NCBI GenBank assembly: GCA_934131005.1
Contig: CAKOYV010000001.1
Span: 79,868 to 143,867, forward strand
Direction of reading: 5' to 3'
DNA length: 64,000 nucleotides
DNA from: an uncultured Bacilli bacterium
GTDB lineage: Bacteria; Bacillota_I; Bacilli_A; RF39; UBA660
Below the pieces are notes generated by a model, which saw nothing but the letters and a program-made list of their open reading frames with translations, searched no databases and had not been told where the DNA came from. Each line of letters starts with the position of its first letter. Position 1 is the first letter of the stretch. Below are positions 21,077 to 30,752 of the stretch, piece by piece. A program made the position numbers and the translations under genes.

Positions 21077-21781
21077 TTAACTATTACGTATTCTAGTAAT
21101 ATAATTATTAACATTATTTGCCCATGCTGGATTCTCAGCATATTTAGGATTCATCGTATCAGCAGTTGTTAAACCATAAGCAACATAGTTTCTAGATATA
21201 TTATCAATAAATGCTCTAATTCCATCATCTAATGTATTAAAATATCCATAACTACCGCATCCACTTCCCTTCATACCACCAACATTATTACAAGTTTTAA
21301 TCAAATTACTACAATTATAATTACAACCTGTCTCCTCTAAAGAAATAGCTGCTGCCAAATAAGGATCAACATTTTTCTCTAAAGAATATGAAGCATACAA
21401 ATATCCCTTATTACTAAGTTCATTTTTAAAAGAACGATTAAGTTTACTAGCAAGTTCATCTAAAGTAAGTCCATCATAAACAACATTATCCTCATTCTTA
21501 TCTTCATTATCAGTGGTAAGAGCATCATCATTATTATTTGAATCATTATTATCATTATTTGTTGTATCATCATATATTTCACTTTCTTTAATATCAACCT
21601 CTTCAGCCCCTACCTGCTCTTGAGTCTCTTCTTGATTATTAGATGCAGCCAAATTTGAGCCAACATTAACTTGTGTCTTTATCTCATCATCATCAACATT
21701 AAATAAATAAACCATTGCCAAACAACAAGATACAAATACACAAAGACATGATAATAATAATCTTTTTCTAAAATTTAGCAT
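21077..21781 (-). CDS. Glucosaminidase-domain peptidoglycan hydrolase, membrane-anchored
   Basis: C-terminal domain has LAAAISLEETG...GMKG...YAENPAWANNV like PF01832. Probable start is the ATG at 21781 with the SD GGGGGGAGAA (a G6 tract acting as the SD here). Confidence 0.5.
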   Translation of the reverse strand: MLNFRKRLLLSCLCVFVSCCLAMVYLFNVDDDEIKTQVNVGSNLAASNNQEETQEQVGAEEVDIKESEIYDDTTNNDNNDSNNNDDALTTDNEDKNEDNVVYDGLTLDELASKLNRSFKNELSNKGYLYASYSLEKNVDPYLAAAISLEETGCNYNCSNLIKTCNNVGGMKGSGCGSYGYFNTLDDGIRAFIDNISRNYVAYGLTTADTMNPKYAENPAWANNVNNYITRIRNS

Positions 21782-21929
21782 TATTCTCCCCCCGAGATTT
21801 TTTTCCAAGTATCAAACCTAACAGATACCTGCACTTGTAAACAAGTGATTGATATAATAACATAAACCTATATCTTTGTCAAATTTGAAAGAATTTTGAT
21901 AATATGTTACAATACCAACTGGTGATTAT

Positions 21930-22871
21930 ATGTTCAAATATACTTTAGATAATAAAAGATATCACACCCTAAACTATCACGTTAAAACCAAGTATAACTG
22001 TAAAGTTGTTAAAGTAAGCATCAATGCAGGTTTCTCTTGCCCCAATATAGATGGACGCGTAGGATATGGTGGTTGCATTTACTGTTCAAAATCCGGCAGT
22101 GGCGAATTTGGTGGAAATGTCACTAAACCACTACCAGAACAATTTAACGATATCAAAAATAAAATTAGTAAAAAATGGCCAAACAGCAAATACATAGCTT
22201 ATTTCCAGGCTCATACAAACACCTACGCCCCCGTTAGCGTACTAAAAGAAAAGTACGAAAGTGTTCTAAAACTAAAAGATGTAATTGGCATTGCTATAGC
22301 AACAAGATGCGATGCTATCAGTGATGAATGCCTAGATTATTTAACAGAACTAAACAAAAAGACTAATCTCACAATTGAACTAGGCCTTCAAACCATTCAC
22401 CCAAAAACTTCAAAATTAATAAATAGATGCCATGATTTAAAACAATTTGAATCTATGTACTATAAATTAAAAGAAAGAAATATTGAAATTGTAGTTCACA
22501 TCATCAACGGCCTTCCCTACGAAAATAAAAAAATGATGCTCGAAACTGCCAAATATCTAAACAAATTAAAAGTAGATGGTATTAAAATTCATATGCTAAA
22601 CATTACCAAAAACACAGCCTTAGAAAAATTATACGAAAAAGAAAAATTCCATATTTTAACCAAAGAAGAATACATAGATATTACCATTTGCCAACTAGAA
22701 TTACTCAATCCCAAAATTGTAATCCATCGCATAACCTCTGATCCTGACCCAGAACAATTAATTGCTCCATCTTGGCTTCTTAAAAAGTTTTGTCTTCTAA
22801 ACGATATTGATAAAGAAATGAAAAAAAGAGACACCTATCAAGGAATATCTCTTAAAAATACTGATAACTAA
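21930..22871 (+). CDS. Radical SAM protein, TIGR01212 (YhcC-like) family
   Basis: CPNIDGRVGYGGCIYC cysteine motif and family-typical length. Confidence 0.75.
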   Translation: MFKYTLDNKRYHTLNYHVKTKYNCKVVKVSINAGFSCPNIDGRVGYGGCIYCSKSGSGEFGGNVTKPLPEQFNDIKNKISKKWPNSKYIAYFQAHTNTYAPVSVLKEKYESVLKLKDVIGIAIATRCDAISDECLDYLTELNKKTNLTIELGLQTIHPKTSKLINRCHDLKQFESMYYKLKERNIEIVVHIINGLPYENKKMMLETAKYLNKLKVDGIKIHMLNITKNTALEKLYEKEKFHILTKEEYIDITICQLELLNPKIVIHRITSDPDPEQLIAPSWLLKKFCLLNDIDKEMKKRDTYQGISLKNTDN

Positions 22872-22888
22872 AAATCAGTTTTTTTATT

Positions 22889-23623
22889 TTAATCAAATGT
22901 TGCTTTAATTTCATTACCCTCAGCCGTTACAAACGTAGCTTCTCCATTAAATACATGTTCCATTCCCTGCATATAATCTTGAGAAGTACCATCATCATAA
23001 ATCCATATCATAACATAAAAATCTCTACTAGTTGCCACTTCTAAACCACTCTTATCTGCACCACCAATTTGTTCATTAGAAACAAACAAACAATCATAAT
23101 CATCTTTATGATTAAAACCACCTTCATTACCATTTCTAGAACCAGTCTTAATCACTGCTCTCTCATCAAAACTATCATCCTTAAAATCGTCTGTCGTATA
23201 CTTAGTTGTAAATATTTCCTTATCTTCCGATACTTTTTTAGGATAAACTCTAGTAAATCTAGCCTCTACGCCATCCTTTGTCTCAAAAGTTATATAACCA
23301 TCAACAAAAAACACATCATCTTCGCCACCACTAACAGTAATTTTATATATTTGACATCCAGCATTGTTATTATCATCTAAACACAACTGTTCAGATGCAT
23401 GTGGGGCTTCACTATTTTTCATTGGAACTAAACCATTTATTATATCAGCCATTGTTACCCTTGAAATAGCCATACTAAAACTAGTTGTTTCACTTCGTCC
23501 TCTAACAGTATTTCCATCTTGACTACTAGCTGCAAAATAAGCAAATGTAGCCCCTATTATTATAATTGACAAAACCATACAACCAACAAACAAATAAAAC
23601 ATTTTCTTATTACTATTATTCAT
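22889..23623 (-). CDS. TasA/camelysin-like secreted protein with SipW-type signal peptide (divergent, short member)
   Basis: IIIGATFAYFAAS after a K-rich n-region and hydrophobic core; CLDDNNNAGCQIYKITV; C-terminal ...ATFD. Confidence 0.55.
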   Translation of the reverse strand: MNNSNKKMFYLFVGCMVLSIIIIGATFAYFAASSQDGNTVRGRSETTSFSMAISRVTMADIINGLVPMKNSEAPHASEQLCLDDNNNAGCQIYKITVSGGEDDVFFVDGYITFETKDGVEARFTRVYPKKVSEDKEIFTTKYTTDDFKDDSFDERAVIKTGSRNGNEGGFNHKDDYDCLFVSNEQIGGADKSGLEVATSRDFYVMIWIYDDGTSQDYMQGMEHVFNGEATFVTAEGNEIKATFD

Positions 23624-23644
23624 AGCATCACCCTATTCTAAAAA

Positions 23645-23673
23645 CATTATAACAAATAGGCACTAAAAAAACA
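23645..23673 (-). promoter_or_regulatory. Sigma-A-type promoter of the 22889-23623 gene
   Basis: TTGTTT-N17-TATAAT on the minus strand, followed by AGGGTGAT-ATG. Confidence 0.5.
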
Positions 23674-23705
23674 ATACAAGACTTAATTTTTGTATTGTTT
23701 TTAAA

Positions 23706-24665
23706 TTATTGACCAACTCTTTGATCAGATGGAACAGTAGTATATCCACCAAATGTAGCACTTACCTCTCCACCTTGTGCAGAATTAAATGTTACAGTAC
23801 CACTAAAGAAATTATTAGCAGCTGTACTACTACCAGTAGTATCAATAGTTTGATTAGTACCAGTCTCATGTAACCATACAACTATATATAGAATACTAAC
23901 ATTTTTATTAGTAGTATCTCCTTGTGGCTTCAAATATTGATTATATACTAAAGCATCTGCCATATCTTTAGCTCTATCATACTTACCACTAACATGCTTA
24001 CTAGTTCTAATATAATTAGTACTAATAATTTGTCTACTATTACCAGCAAAAGCAGCATTATCTGTAACAGTATTCAAATATCCACCAGCAGTTGAATAAA
24101 TTTTAGTCTTACTCATACCAGTAGCATCTGCTTTATTATCCAAATTAGCAAAAGTTTTTTCTGTATCAGCATTCAAAGCCGTCGTACCACCCGTAGAATA
24201 AGTATTACCAGTTTTAAATACTTGTGCCCATCTCATAGTAGTCTTAGCCGTTGTATCATCTGTTGAAGTACCTGTCTCAGTATTATTAGTCAAAGTAACA
24301 TAACCATCCAAGAACATACTAGCACTTGATTCGTTAGTTAAAGTTATTTTATATATCTGACAAACTGAGTTTCCATTATCATCAACACACGCTTTAGAAT
24401 GTTTAACTGCTTGTTCAACCATTGTATTAGACATTGGTATTAAACCACCATTAGTCTGATCAGTACTCTCATCTCTTTCAACTTTCAATCCAAAGTTAAT
24501 TGTAGCAGCATTACCCGTTAAAGTCGTTGTATTAGTTTGAGTTGCCATAAAGTATGCAAATGTTGCTCCTACAACTGCAACAACTAACGTAAGAATAGCT
24601 ACAACTATATATATTATTCCTTTTCTATCTCTTCCATTATCACTCATTGCTATCCTCCTTACCAT
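23706..24665 (-). CDS. TasA/camelysin-like secreted protein, SipW-type signal peptide (tandem paralog 2)
   Basis: VGATFAYFMATQTN; INFGLKVER; CVDDNGNSVCQIYKITLTN; conserved C-terminus LYIVVWLHETGTNQTI...TVTFNSAQGGEVSATFGGYTTVPSDQ. Confidence 0.6.
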   Translation of the reverse strand: MVRRIAMSDNGRDRKGIIYIVVAILTLVVAVVGATFAYFMATQTNTTTLTGNAATINFGLKVERDESTDQTNGGLIPMSNTMVEQAVKHSKACVDDNGNSVCQIYKITLTNESSASMFLDGYVTLTNNTETGTSTDDTTAKTTMRWAQVFKTGNTYSTGGTTALNADTEKTFANLDNKADATGMSKTKIYSTAGGYLNTVTDNAAFAGNSRQIISTNYIRTSKHVSGKYDRAKDMADALVYNQYLKPQGDTTNKNVSILYIVVWLHETGTNQTIDTTGSSTAANNFFSGTVTFNSAQGGEVSATFGGYTTVPSDQRVGQ

Positions 24666-24671
24666 GTATTA

Positions 24672-24719
24672 AGTATACCAAAAAAGCAAGAAAAAAACAA
24701 CACAAAATTTGCATTGTTT
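24672..24719 (-). promoter_or_regulatory. Terminator hairpin plus embedded promoter between paralogs (same layout at 25691-25738 and 26733-26761)
   Basis: Hairpin AAACAA(C/T)ACAAA-ATTT-G(C/T)ATTGTTT with a U-run on the minus strand. The 3' arm TTGTTT serves as the -35, then N17, then TATACT, then SD AAGGAGG-ATG. Confidence 0.5.
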
Positions 24720-24727
24720 AAATCAAT

Positions 24728-25663
24728 TTACTGTTGATCAGATGGAACAGTAGTATAACCACTAAATGTAGCACTTACCTCTCCACCTTGTGCTGAATTA
24801 AACGTTACAGTACCACTAAAGAAATTCTTAGCAGCCTCTTGATTACCAGTAGTATCAATAGTTTGATTAGTACCAGTCTCATGTAACCACACAACTATAT
24901 ATAATTCACTTTTATTCTTACCATCTTGGGTATTAGTAGATTTTAAATATTGATCATACACTAAAGCATCAGCTAAATCACTCGTTCTATCATACTTACT
25001 ATCCGGCTTATGTTGACTAGTCCTAATATAATTAGTACTAATTATATCTCTAGAATTACCAGCAAAATTAGCTGTATCTGTAACAGTATTTAAATAGCCA
25101 TCACCACTTGCATAAATCATATTCTTACTCATTCCTGTAAGATCACTCTTATTATCCAAAGAATTTATTGTCTTCTCACTATCAGCATTCAAAGTTGTTG
25201 TACCACCAGTAGAATAAGTATTACCACTTTTAAATACTTGTGCCCATCTCATAGTAGTACCAGCACTAGCTAAATCAGTAGATTTACCAGTCTCAGTTTT
25301 ACTACTCAAAGTAACGTAACCATCCAAGAACATACTAGCACTTGATTGATTAGTTAAAGTAATTTTATATATTTGACAAACTGAGTTTCCATTATCATCC
25401 TTACAAGGCGTTTCTGCTGTTACAGCTTTCTCAACCATTGTATTAGACATTGGAATTAAACCACCATTAGTCTGATCAGTAGTCTCAGCTCTCTCAACAT
25501 CTAATCCAAAATTAATTGATGCCGCATTACCTGTAATTGTATCATCATTAGTTTGTGTTGCTGTAAAATATGCAAAAGTAGCTCCTATTATAGCAACTAT
25601 TAATGTAGCAATTCCAATCACACCATAAAACAAACCTTTTCCGTTATAATGATTACCATCCAT
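24728..25663 (-). CDS. TasA/camelysin-like secreted protein (tandem paralog 3)
   Basis: Same conserved N- and C-terminal blocks; variable Ser/Thr-rich core. Confidence 0.6.
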   Translation of the reverse strand: MDGNHYNGKGLFYGVIGIATLIVAIIGATFAYFTATQTNDDTITGNAASINFGLDVERAETTDQTNGGLIPMSNTMVEKAVTAETPCKDDNGNSVCQIYKITLTNQSSASMFLDGYVTLSSKTETGKSTDLASAGTTMRWAQVFKSGNTYSTGGTTTLNADSEKTINSLDNKSDLTGMSKNMIYASGDGYLNTVTDTANFAGNSRDIISTNYIRTSQHKPDSKYDRTSDLADALVYDQYLKSTNTQDGKNKSELYIVVWLHETGTNQTIDTTGNQEAAKNFFSGTVTFNSAQGGEVSATFSGYTTVPSDQQ

Positions 25664-25746
25664 TCTCTCATCCTCCTCTATTATGAAATAAGTATATCAA
25701 AAAAGGAAGAAAAAAACAATACAAAATTTGTATTGTTTAAATTAAT

Positions 25747-26706
25747 TTATTGTTGGTCAGATGGAACAGTAGTGTATCCATTGAATGTAGCACTAACCTC
25801 TCCGCCTTGTGCAGAGTTAAATGTTACAGTACCAGTAAAGAAATTCTTGGCAGCTTCTGCATTACCAGTAGTATCAATAGTTTGGTTAGTTCCTGTCTCA
25901 TGTAACCATACAACTATATATAATTCATTTTTATTCTTACCATCTTGAGTACTAGCAGATTTTAAATATTGGTCATATACTAAAGCATCTGATAAATCTC
26001 CTGTTCTAGTATATTTATTATTTCCTTCTCCAGCTTTTACATGCTTACTAGTTCTAATATAGTTCTTATTTATAACTTCTCTTTTATTTCCAGCAAAAGT
26101 AGTATTTTCACTATCAGTAACTGCACTTAAATATTCTCCACCAGCTGAGTTATAAATATTTTTCTTATTCATACCAGTAGTATCAGTAGCATTATCAATA
26201 TTAGCAATTTGAACTTCTGTATCAGCATTCAAAGTTGTTGTACCACCAGTAGAATAAGTTTCACCACTTTTAAATACTTGTGCCCATCTCATAGTAGTAT
26301 TAGTAGCAGAAGTATCATCAGTAGAAGTTCCTGTAGCAGTTGCATTTGTCAAAGTTACATAACCATCCAAGAACATACTAGCAGTTGATTCATTAGTCAA
26401 AGTAATTTTATATATTTGACAAACTGAGTTTCCGTTATCATCCTTACAAGGAGTTGTAGCTGTTACAGCTTTCTCAACCATTGTATTAGACATTGGAATT
26501 AAACCACCATTAGTCTGGTCAGTAGTTTCAGCTCTTTCTACTTTTAAACCAAAGTTAATTGATGCAGCATTACCAGTAATAGTATTATCATTAGTTTGTG
26601 TAGCTGTAAAGTATGCAAAAGTAGCACCAATTATAGCAACAACTAATGTAGCAACACCAATTACACCATAAAATATTCCTCTTCCTTTCTTATTTTCATT
26701 ATTCAT
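25747..26706 (-). CDS. TasA/camelysin-like secreted protein (tandem paralog 4)
   Basis: Same blocks; variable core. Confidence 0.6.
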   Translation of the reverse strand: MNNENKKGRGIFYGVIGVATLVVAIIGATFAYFTATQTNDNTITGNAASINFGLKVERAETTDQTNGGLIPMSNTMVEKAVTATTPCKDDNGNSVCQIYKITLTNESTASMFLDGYVTLTNATATGTSTDDTSATNTTMRWAQVFKSGETYSTGGTTTLNADTEVQIANIDNATDTTGMNKKNIYNSAGGEYLSAVTDSENTTFAGNKREVINKNYIRTSKHVKAGEGNNKYTRTGDLSDALVYDQYLKSASTQDGKNKNELYIVVWLHETGTNQTIDTTGNAEAAKNFFTGTVTFNSAQGGEVSATFNGYTTVPSDQQ

Positions 26707-26852
26707 TATTATCTATCCTCCTTACTGTAACAAGTATAACAAATTTAATTTTAAAAGACAATATCTTTTTCACATTTTAAAAAAAAATTTATCTAAACAT
26801 CAAAAAAGAATACATATTTCTATGTACACTTTTTATCATAAACTAAATATTA

Positions 26853-27800
26853 TTATTGTGTTCTTGAAGTATCAGATGGAACAGTAGTATAACCACTAAA
26901 TGTAGCACTAACCTCTCCACCTTGCGCAGAGTTAAATGTTACAGTACCAGTGAAGAAGCCATCAGTTTGTCCACCTTCAGCAATTGTTTGGTTAGTACCA
27001 GTTTCATGTAACCATACAACTATATATAAATCATTAGTATTAGCATTATCAGCAGAACCCTTTGCTTTCAAATATTGATCATATACTAAAGCATCTGATA
27101 AATCTTTAGTTCTATCATATGAAGCAGCAGTATGTTTGCTAGTTCTAATATAGTTTTTATTGATTATAGTTCTATTATTACCAGCAAAAGCAGCCTCACC
27201 AGTAACAGCACTCAAATACCCATCACCAGTTCCATAAATCTTATCTTTACTCATACCAGTACCATCAGCTTTATTATCAATATTATCAATTTGAACTTCT
27301 GTATCAGCCTTTAATGTTGTTGTACCACCAGTAGAATACTTACTACCGTCATAAAATACTTGTGCCCATCTCATAGTAGTAGGAGCAGAAGTATCATCAG
27401 TAGACGTACCAGTTGCACCAGCAACTGTATCTTTTAAAGTTACATAACCATCCAAGAACATACTAGCAGTTGATTCATTAGTCAAAGTAATTTTATATAT
27501 TTGACAAACTGAGTTTCCGTTATCATCCTTACAAGGCGTTTCTGCTGTTACAGCTTTCTCAACCATTGTATTAGACATCGGAATTAAACCACCATTAGTC
27601 TGATCAGTAGTTTCTGCTCTAGCTACCTTTAAACCAAAGTTAATTGATGCAGCATTACCAGTAATTGTATCCTCATTAGTTTGTGTTGCAGTAAAGTATG
27701 CAAAAGTAGCACCAATAATAGCAACAACTAATGTAGCAACACCAATTACACCATAAAATACTCCTCTTCCTTTCATTTTATTATCATTACTCATTATCAT
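26853..27800 (-). CDS. TasA/camelysin-like secreted protein (tandem paralog 5, promoter-proximal)
   Basis: Same blocks; variable core. Confidence 0.6.
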   Translation of the reverse strand: MIMSNDNKMKGRGVFYGVIGVATLVVAIIGATFAYFTATQTNEDTITGNAASINFGLKVARAETTDQTNGGLIPMSNTMVEKAVTAETPCKDDNGNSVCQIYKITLTNESTASMFLDGYVTLKDTVAGATGTSTDDTSAPTTMRWAQVFYDGSKYSTGGTTTLKADTEVQIDNIDNKADGTGMSKDKIYGTGDGYLSAVTGEAAFAGNNRTIINKNYIRTSKHTAASYDRTKDLSDALVYDQYLKAKGSADNANTNDLYIVVWLHETGTNQTIAEGGQTDGFFTGTVTFNSAQGGEVSATFSGYTTVPSDTSRTQ

Positions 27801-27817
27801 CTATCCTCCTTACTATA

Positions 27818-27850
27818 CTAAGTATACCAAAACATTTTCTAAAAAGCAAC
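27818..27850 (-). promoter_or_regulatory. Promoter of the first tandem paralog
   Basis: TTGCTT-N17-TATACT on the minus strand, 20 nt upstream of AAGGAGGATAG-ATG. Confidence 0.5.
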
Positions 27851-27857
27851 ATCTTTT

Positions 27858-29174
27858 TTAACGTTTTTTGTTAACATAAAGATTATTTAGATTAGACGAA
27901 CTAATCAATTCATAATGAGAAGAAATATAAGAAACAATTTCCTTACTAGTCTGCCCTATTTCTTTACTAACTTCTTCATTATTAACAACAAATACACAAT
28001 TATTATTCAAACAATAATCAGAAATCTCTTTAATATATTTATAACTTCCCCCATAGCCCATATTACCATCATTAATCAAATCATATTTGGAAATCTTAAG
28101 TCCTAACTCTAACTTAGCCATATAAGCCCTAGAATCAAGCAAAAAAACACGATAACCAGAATATTCTTTATAAACATTCTTAACTAAAGAAAAATATTCC
28201 CTCATATAATTAGGCATCCTCTTATAAAGAAATTTACTATTACCATAATCATATATACCATCATATTGATTTGATTTAGGACTAATAACCGAAACAAACG
28301 ATCCCAAAAAGCCAAAAAAAACAATAATGCTAATTAAAAAAGCACCACAAAAATTAACTTTCTTATAAAGATAATAAATAACGGGACTAACCCCCAAAAC
28401 AAAATGTGAACTATCAACAATCGGAAAATCAATAATTTGAAATAATAATATATATATAAGTTGTCTATCTTTAGTCTTTATAAACATAAATAACAACCAA
28501 CAACAAATAAAAATCTCTACTACAGTTAAATATGAAAGCCCAACATTATTCTTACTACCAAAATCAAACAGTCCTAAAAAACAATAATCAATAAACTTAT
28601 ATAATCCTTCATAACTAACTAAATATAAGAGTAATACAAAAACACTAAGCATAATCAAAGCAAACATCCTCTTACGCCTCTTAGCATAATAAAGAAAAGG
28701 AATAGCCATCATAATAAATGTCTGTTTAGTTAAAAACATCAACACAATTATAATCCCAATAATTATCTCATTATTATCTCTATCTAAAAAATATAATAAC
28801 AAAAACATCAACAAAACTAAAAAAGTATTATAGCCATTATAAGGATAAATAAGCATAACCATATAAACAAAAATAGCCTTATACCCAATCATTTTATAAC
28901 AAACTAAAAAAATCATTAACAAAATTAAACTAACAAATATATGATACGCTATAAAATTATCACCAATCACTCCCATAAAAGCCCCCAAAATAATAGGAAA
29001 AAGTGGCGTAATAACCATATTAAAATCTAAATAAGGCCTAAGTCCATGCAATATATTATAACCAAATCCATAATTCCAAACACTATCTAAATTATAAGGT
29101 GCCAAATAATATAAATAAAAACAAGTACTTACTAGTAGTAAAAAAGAAAATATAATGCTTAAATATTTTCTCAT
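27858..29174 (-). CDS. Polytopic membrane protein (about 10 TM) with a roughly 130-aa C-terminal soluble domain; possible GT-C-type glycosyltransferase
   Basis: Hydrophobic profile; first loop YNLDSVWNYGFGYNILHGLRPYLDF; no decisive motif. Confidence 0.35.
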   Translation of the reverse strand: MRKYLSIIFSFLLLVSTCFYLYYLAPYNLDSVWNYGFGYNILHGLRPYLDFNMVITPLFPIILGAFMGVIGDNFIAYHIFVSLILLMIFLVCYKMIGYKAIFVYMVMLIYPYNGYNTFLVLLMFLLLYFLDRDNNEIIIGIIIVLMFLTKQTFIMMAIPFLYYAKRRKRMFALIMLSVFVLLLYLVSYEGLYKFIDYCFLGLFDFGSKNNVGLSYLTVVEIFICCWLLFMFIKTKDRQLIYILLFQIIDFPIVDSSHFVLGVSPVIYYLYKKVNFCGAFLISIIVFFGFLGSFVSVISPKSNQYDGIYDYGNSKFLYKRMPNYMREYFSLVKNVYKEYSGYRVFLLDSRAYMAKLELGLKISKYDLINDGNMGYGGSYKYIKEISDYCLNNNCVFVVNNEEVSKEIGQTSKEIVSYISSHYELISSSNLNNLYVNKKR

Positions 29175-29176
29175 AA

Positions 29177-29884
29177 CTATCTCTTCTTAACCAAAAATTC
29201 TACTTTAGAAAAAAGTTCATCATTAATACTATTAATTGACCTAATCTCATCATTAGGAGCGCAATTAATAACATCAAAATTATAAATATCAGCAAGTTCA
29301 AAATAAGTACGCTCTGCATTCATTAAATGACGACTATTAGCCTCATGTTGATCAATACTATCATGACGATTTTTCTTAAGTTCACTAGCAACCTTATAAG
29401 GAACATATAAAAATATAACTTTATCAGGCTTAGGAATCTCTAAAATATCAAACTCTAGCTTTTCTATTTTATTAAAATACTTCTCCCTCTCACTCTTATC
29501 ATCTATCTTACCACCTTGATGCGCTAAATTAGAATAAATATATCTATCCAAAATAACATTAACACCACTATCTAACAAACTAATTATTTTATCTTTATTA
29601 TATCTTCTATCAGCAGCATAATACAAAGAAGAAGTAAGATAATCAACACAACTAGCCCCTTCCTTAAATAAACCTCTAACACCATCTTTAAATAAATAAT
29701 CACAATACTCAGGCTTTCCCAAATAACAAGTAGCAACAATCATTCCCGTAGGAGTATCATACATAGGAAAAGACAATCTCTTAGCCTTTATTCCTAATTT
29801 ATTTAATCTATCCTCTAACATTAAAGTCTGTGTTTCCTTACCAGAACAATCTGTACCTTCAACTACAATTAATTTACCTCTCAT
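29177..29884 (-). CDS. tmk: Thymidylate kinase
   Basis: P-loop IVVEGTDCSGKETQ, DRY motif, lid region. Confidence 0.85.
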   Translation of the reverse strand: MRGKLIVVEGTDCSGKETQTLMLEDRLNKLGIKAKRLSFPMYDTPTGMIVATCYLGKPEYCDYLFKDGVRGLFKEGASCVDYLTSSLYYAADRRYNKDKIISLLDSGVNVILDRYIYSNLAHQGGKIDDKSEREKYFNKIEKLEFDILEIPKPDKVIFLYVPYKVASELKKNRHDSIDQHEANSRHLMNAERTYFELADIYNFDVINCAPNDEIRSINSINDELFSKVEFLVKKR

Positions 29885-30029
29885 AACTATACTATCCCTC
29901 TCTATTACCCCCTATTAATTCTACTTCTTTATGATAACATACTTTTAATTATTATACCAAAAAATTAACCAAGAAGATAATTGTCAGAAAAAGAAAAAAA
30001 TGATATACTGATAAGCATGGAGGATAATT

Positions 30030-30752
30030 ATGAGAAGTATATTATATTATTTTTTAATTTTTTTTATCTATTCTATTCTAGGGTGGATAATGGAATCATT
30101 CTACGTTAGTATTAGGCAAAAAAAGTTCGTAGACCGAGGCTTTCTAATAGGTCCCTACTGCCCAATCTATGGCTTGGGATCAACAATAATGATTCTCTAC
30201 CTAGAACAATATAAAGATAACATCCTAACCGTCTTTATATTAGGATGCGTAATCTGTTCCACCCTAGAATACCTAACAAGCTATTTTATGGAAAAACTCT
30301 TTAAAGCTAGATGGTGGGATTATAGCAAGCAAAAATTCAACCTAAATGGCCGTATCTGTGGAAGAAATTCTATTCTCTTTGGCCTAGGTGGAGTGCTTAT
30401 TATCTATGTAATTCAGCCCATAGTAGATCCATTCATAAAAGAAGTAGAAGGATCATGGCTAATTTTTGTTGCTATCCTCTTCATTATATGTTTTATAGCA
30501 GACACCATAGTATCTTGTAATATTGTAAACAAATTAAAGAAAAATCTAAGCAATATCGAAATAAAAAAAGACTCAACTCAAGAGTTAAAAAATTTAGTAA
30601 CTGAAGTTATTAATAATAATCTTAAAACTAAACAGTTAAATATTTTCCAAAAAAGAATTATCACAGCCTTCCCCAACTTCGATTTTCATAAATTTGTCAA
30701 AATAAATGACCGAAAAATTGAAAAGCTCAAGAAAATATTTAGAAAAAACTAA
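30030..30752 (+). CDS. DUF1113 / putative ABC-transporter type IV membrane protein
   Basis: ILGWIMESFYVSI...RGFLIGPYCPIYGLGS signature and multiple TM segments. Confidence 0.45.
   Translation: MRSILYYFLIFFIYSILGWIMESFYVSIRQKKFVDRGFLIGPYCPIYGLGSTIMILYLEQYKDNILTVFILGCVICSTLEYLTSYFMEKLFKARWWDYSKQKFNLNGRICGRNSILFGLGGVLIIYVIQPIVDPFIKEVEGSWLIFVAILFIICFIADTIVSCNIVNKLKKNLSNIEIKKDSTQELKNLVTEVINNNLKTKQLNIFQKRIITAFPNFDFHKFVKINDRKIEKLKKIFRKN

Noticed and set aside
22889-27800. Considered a CRISPR-like or simple direct-repeat array because of the roughly 1-kb periodicity
   Set aside because: The repeats are whole protein-coding paralogs with their own promoters and terminators, not short repeats with spacers.
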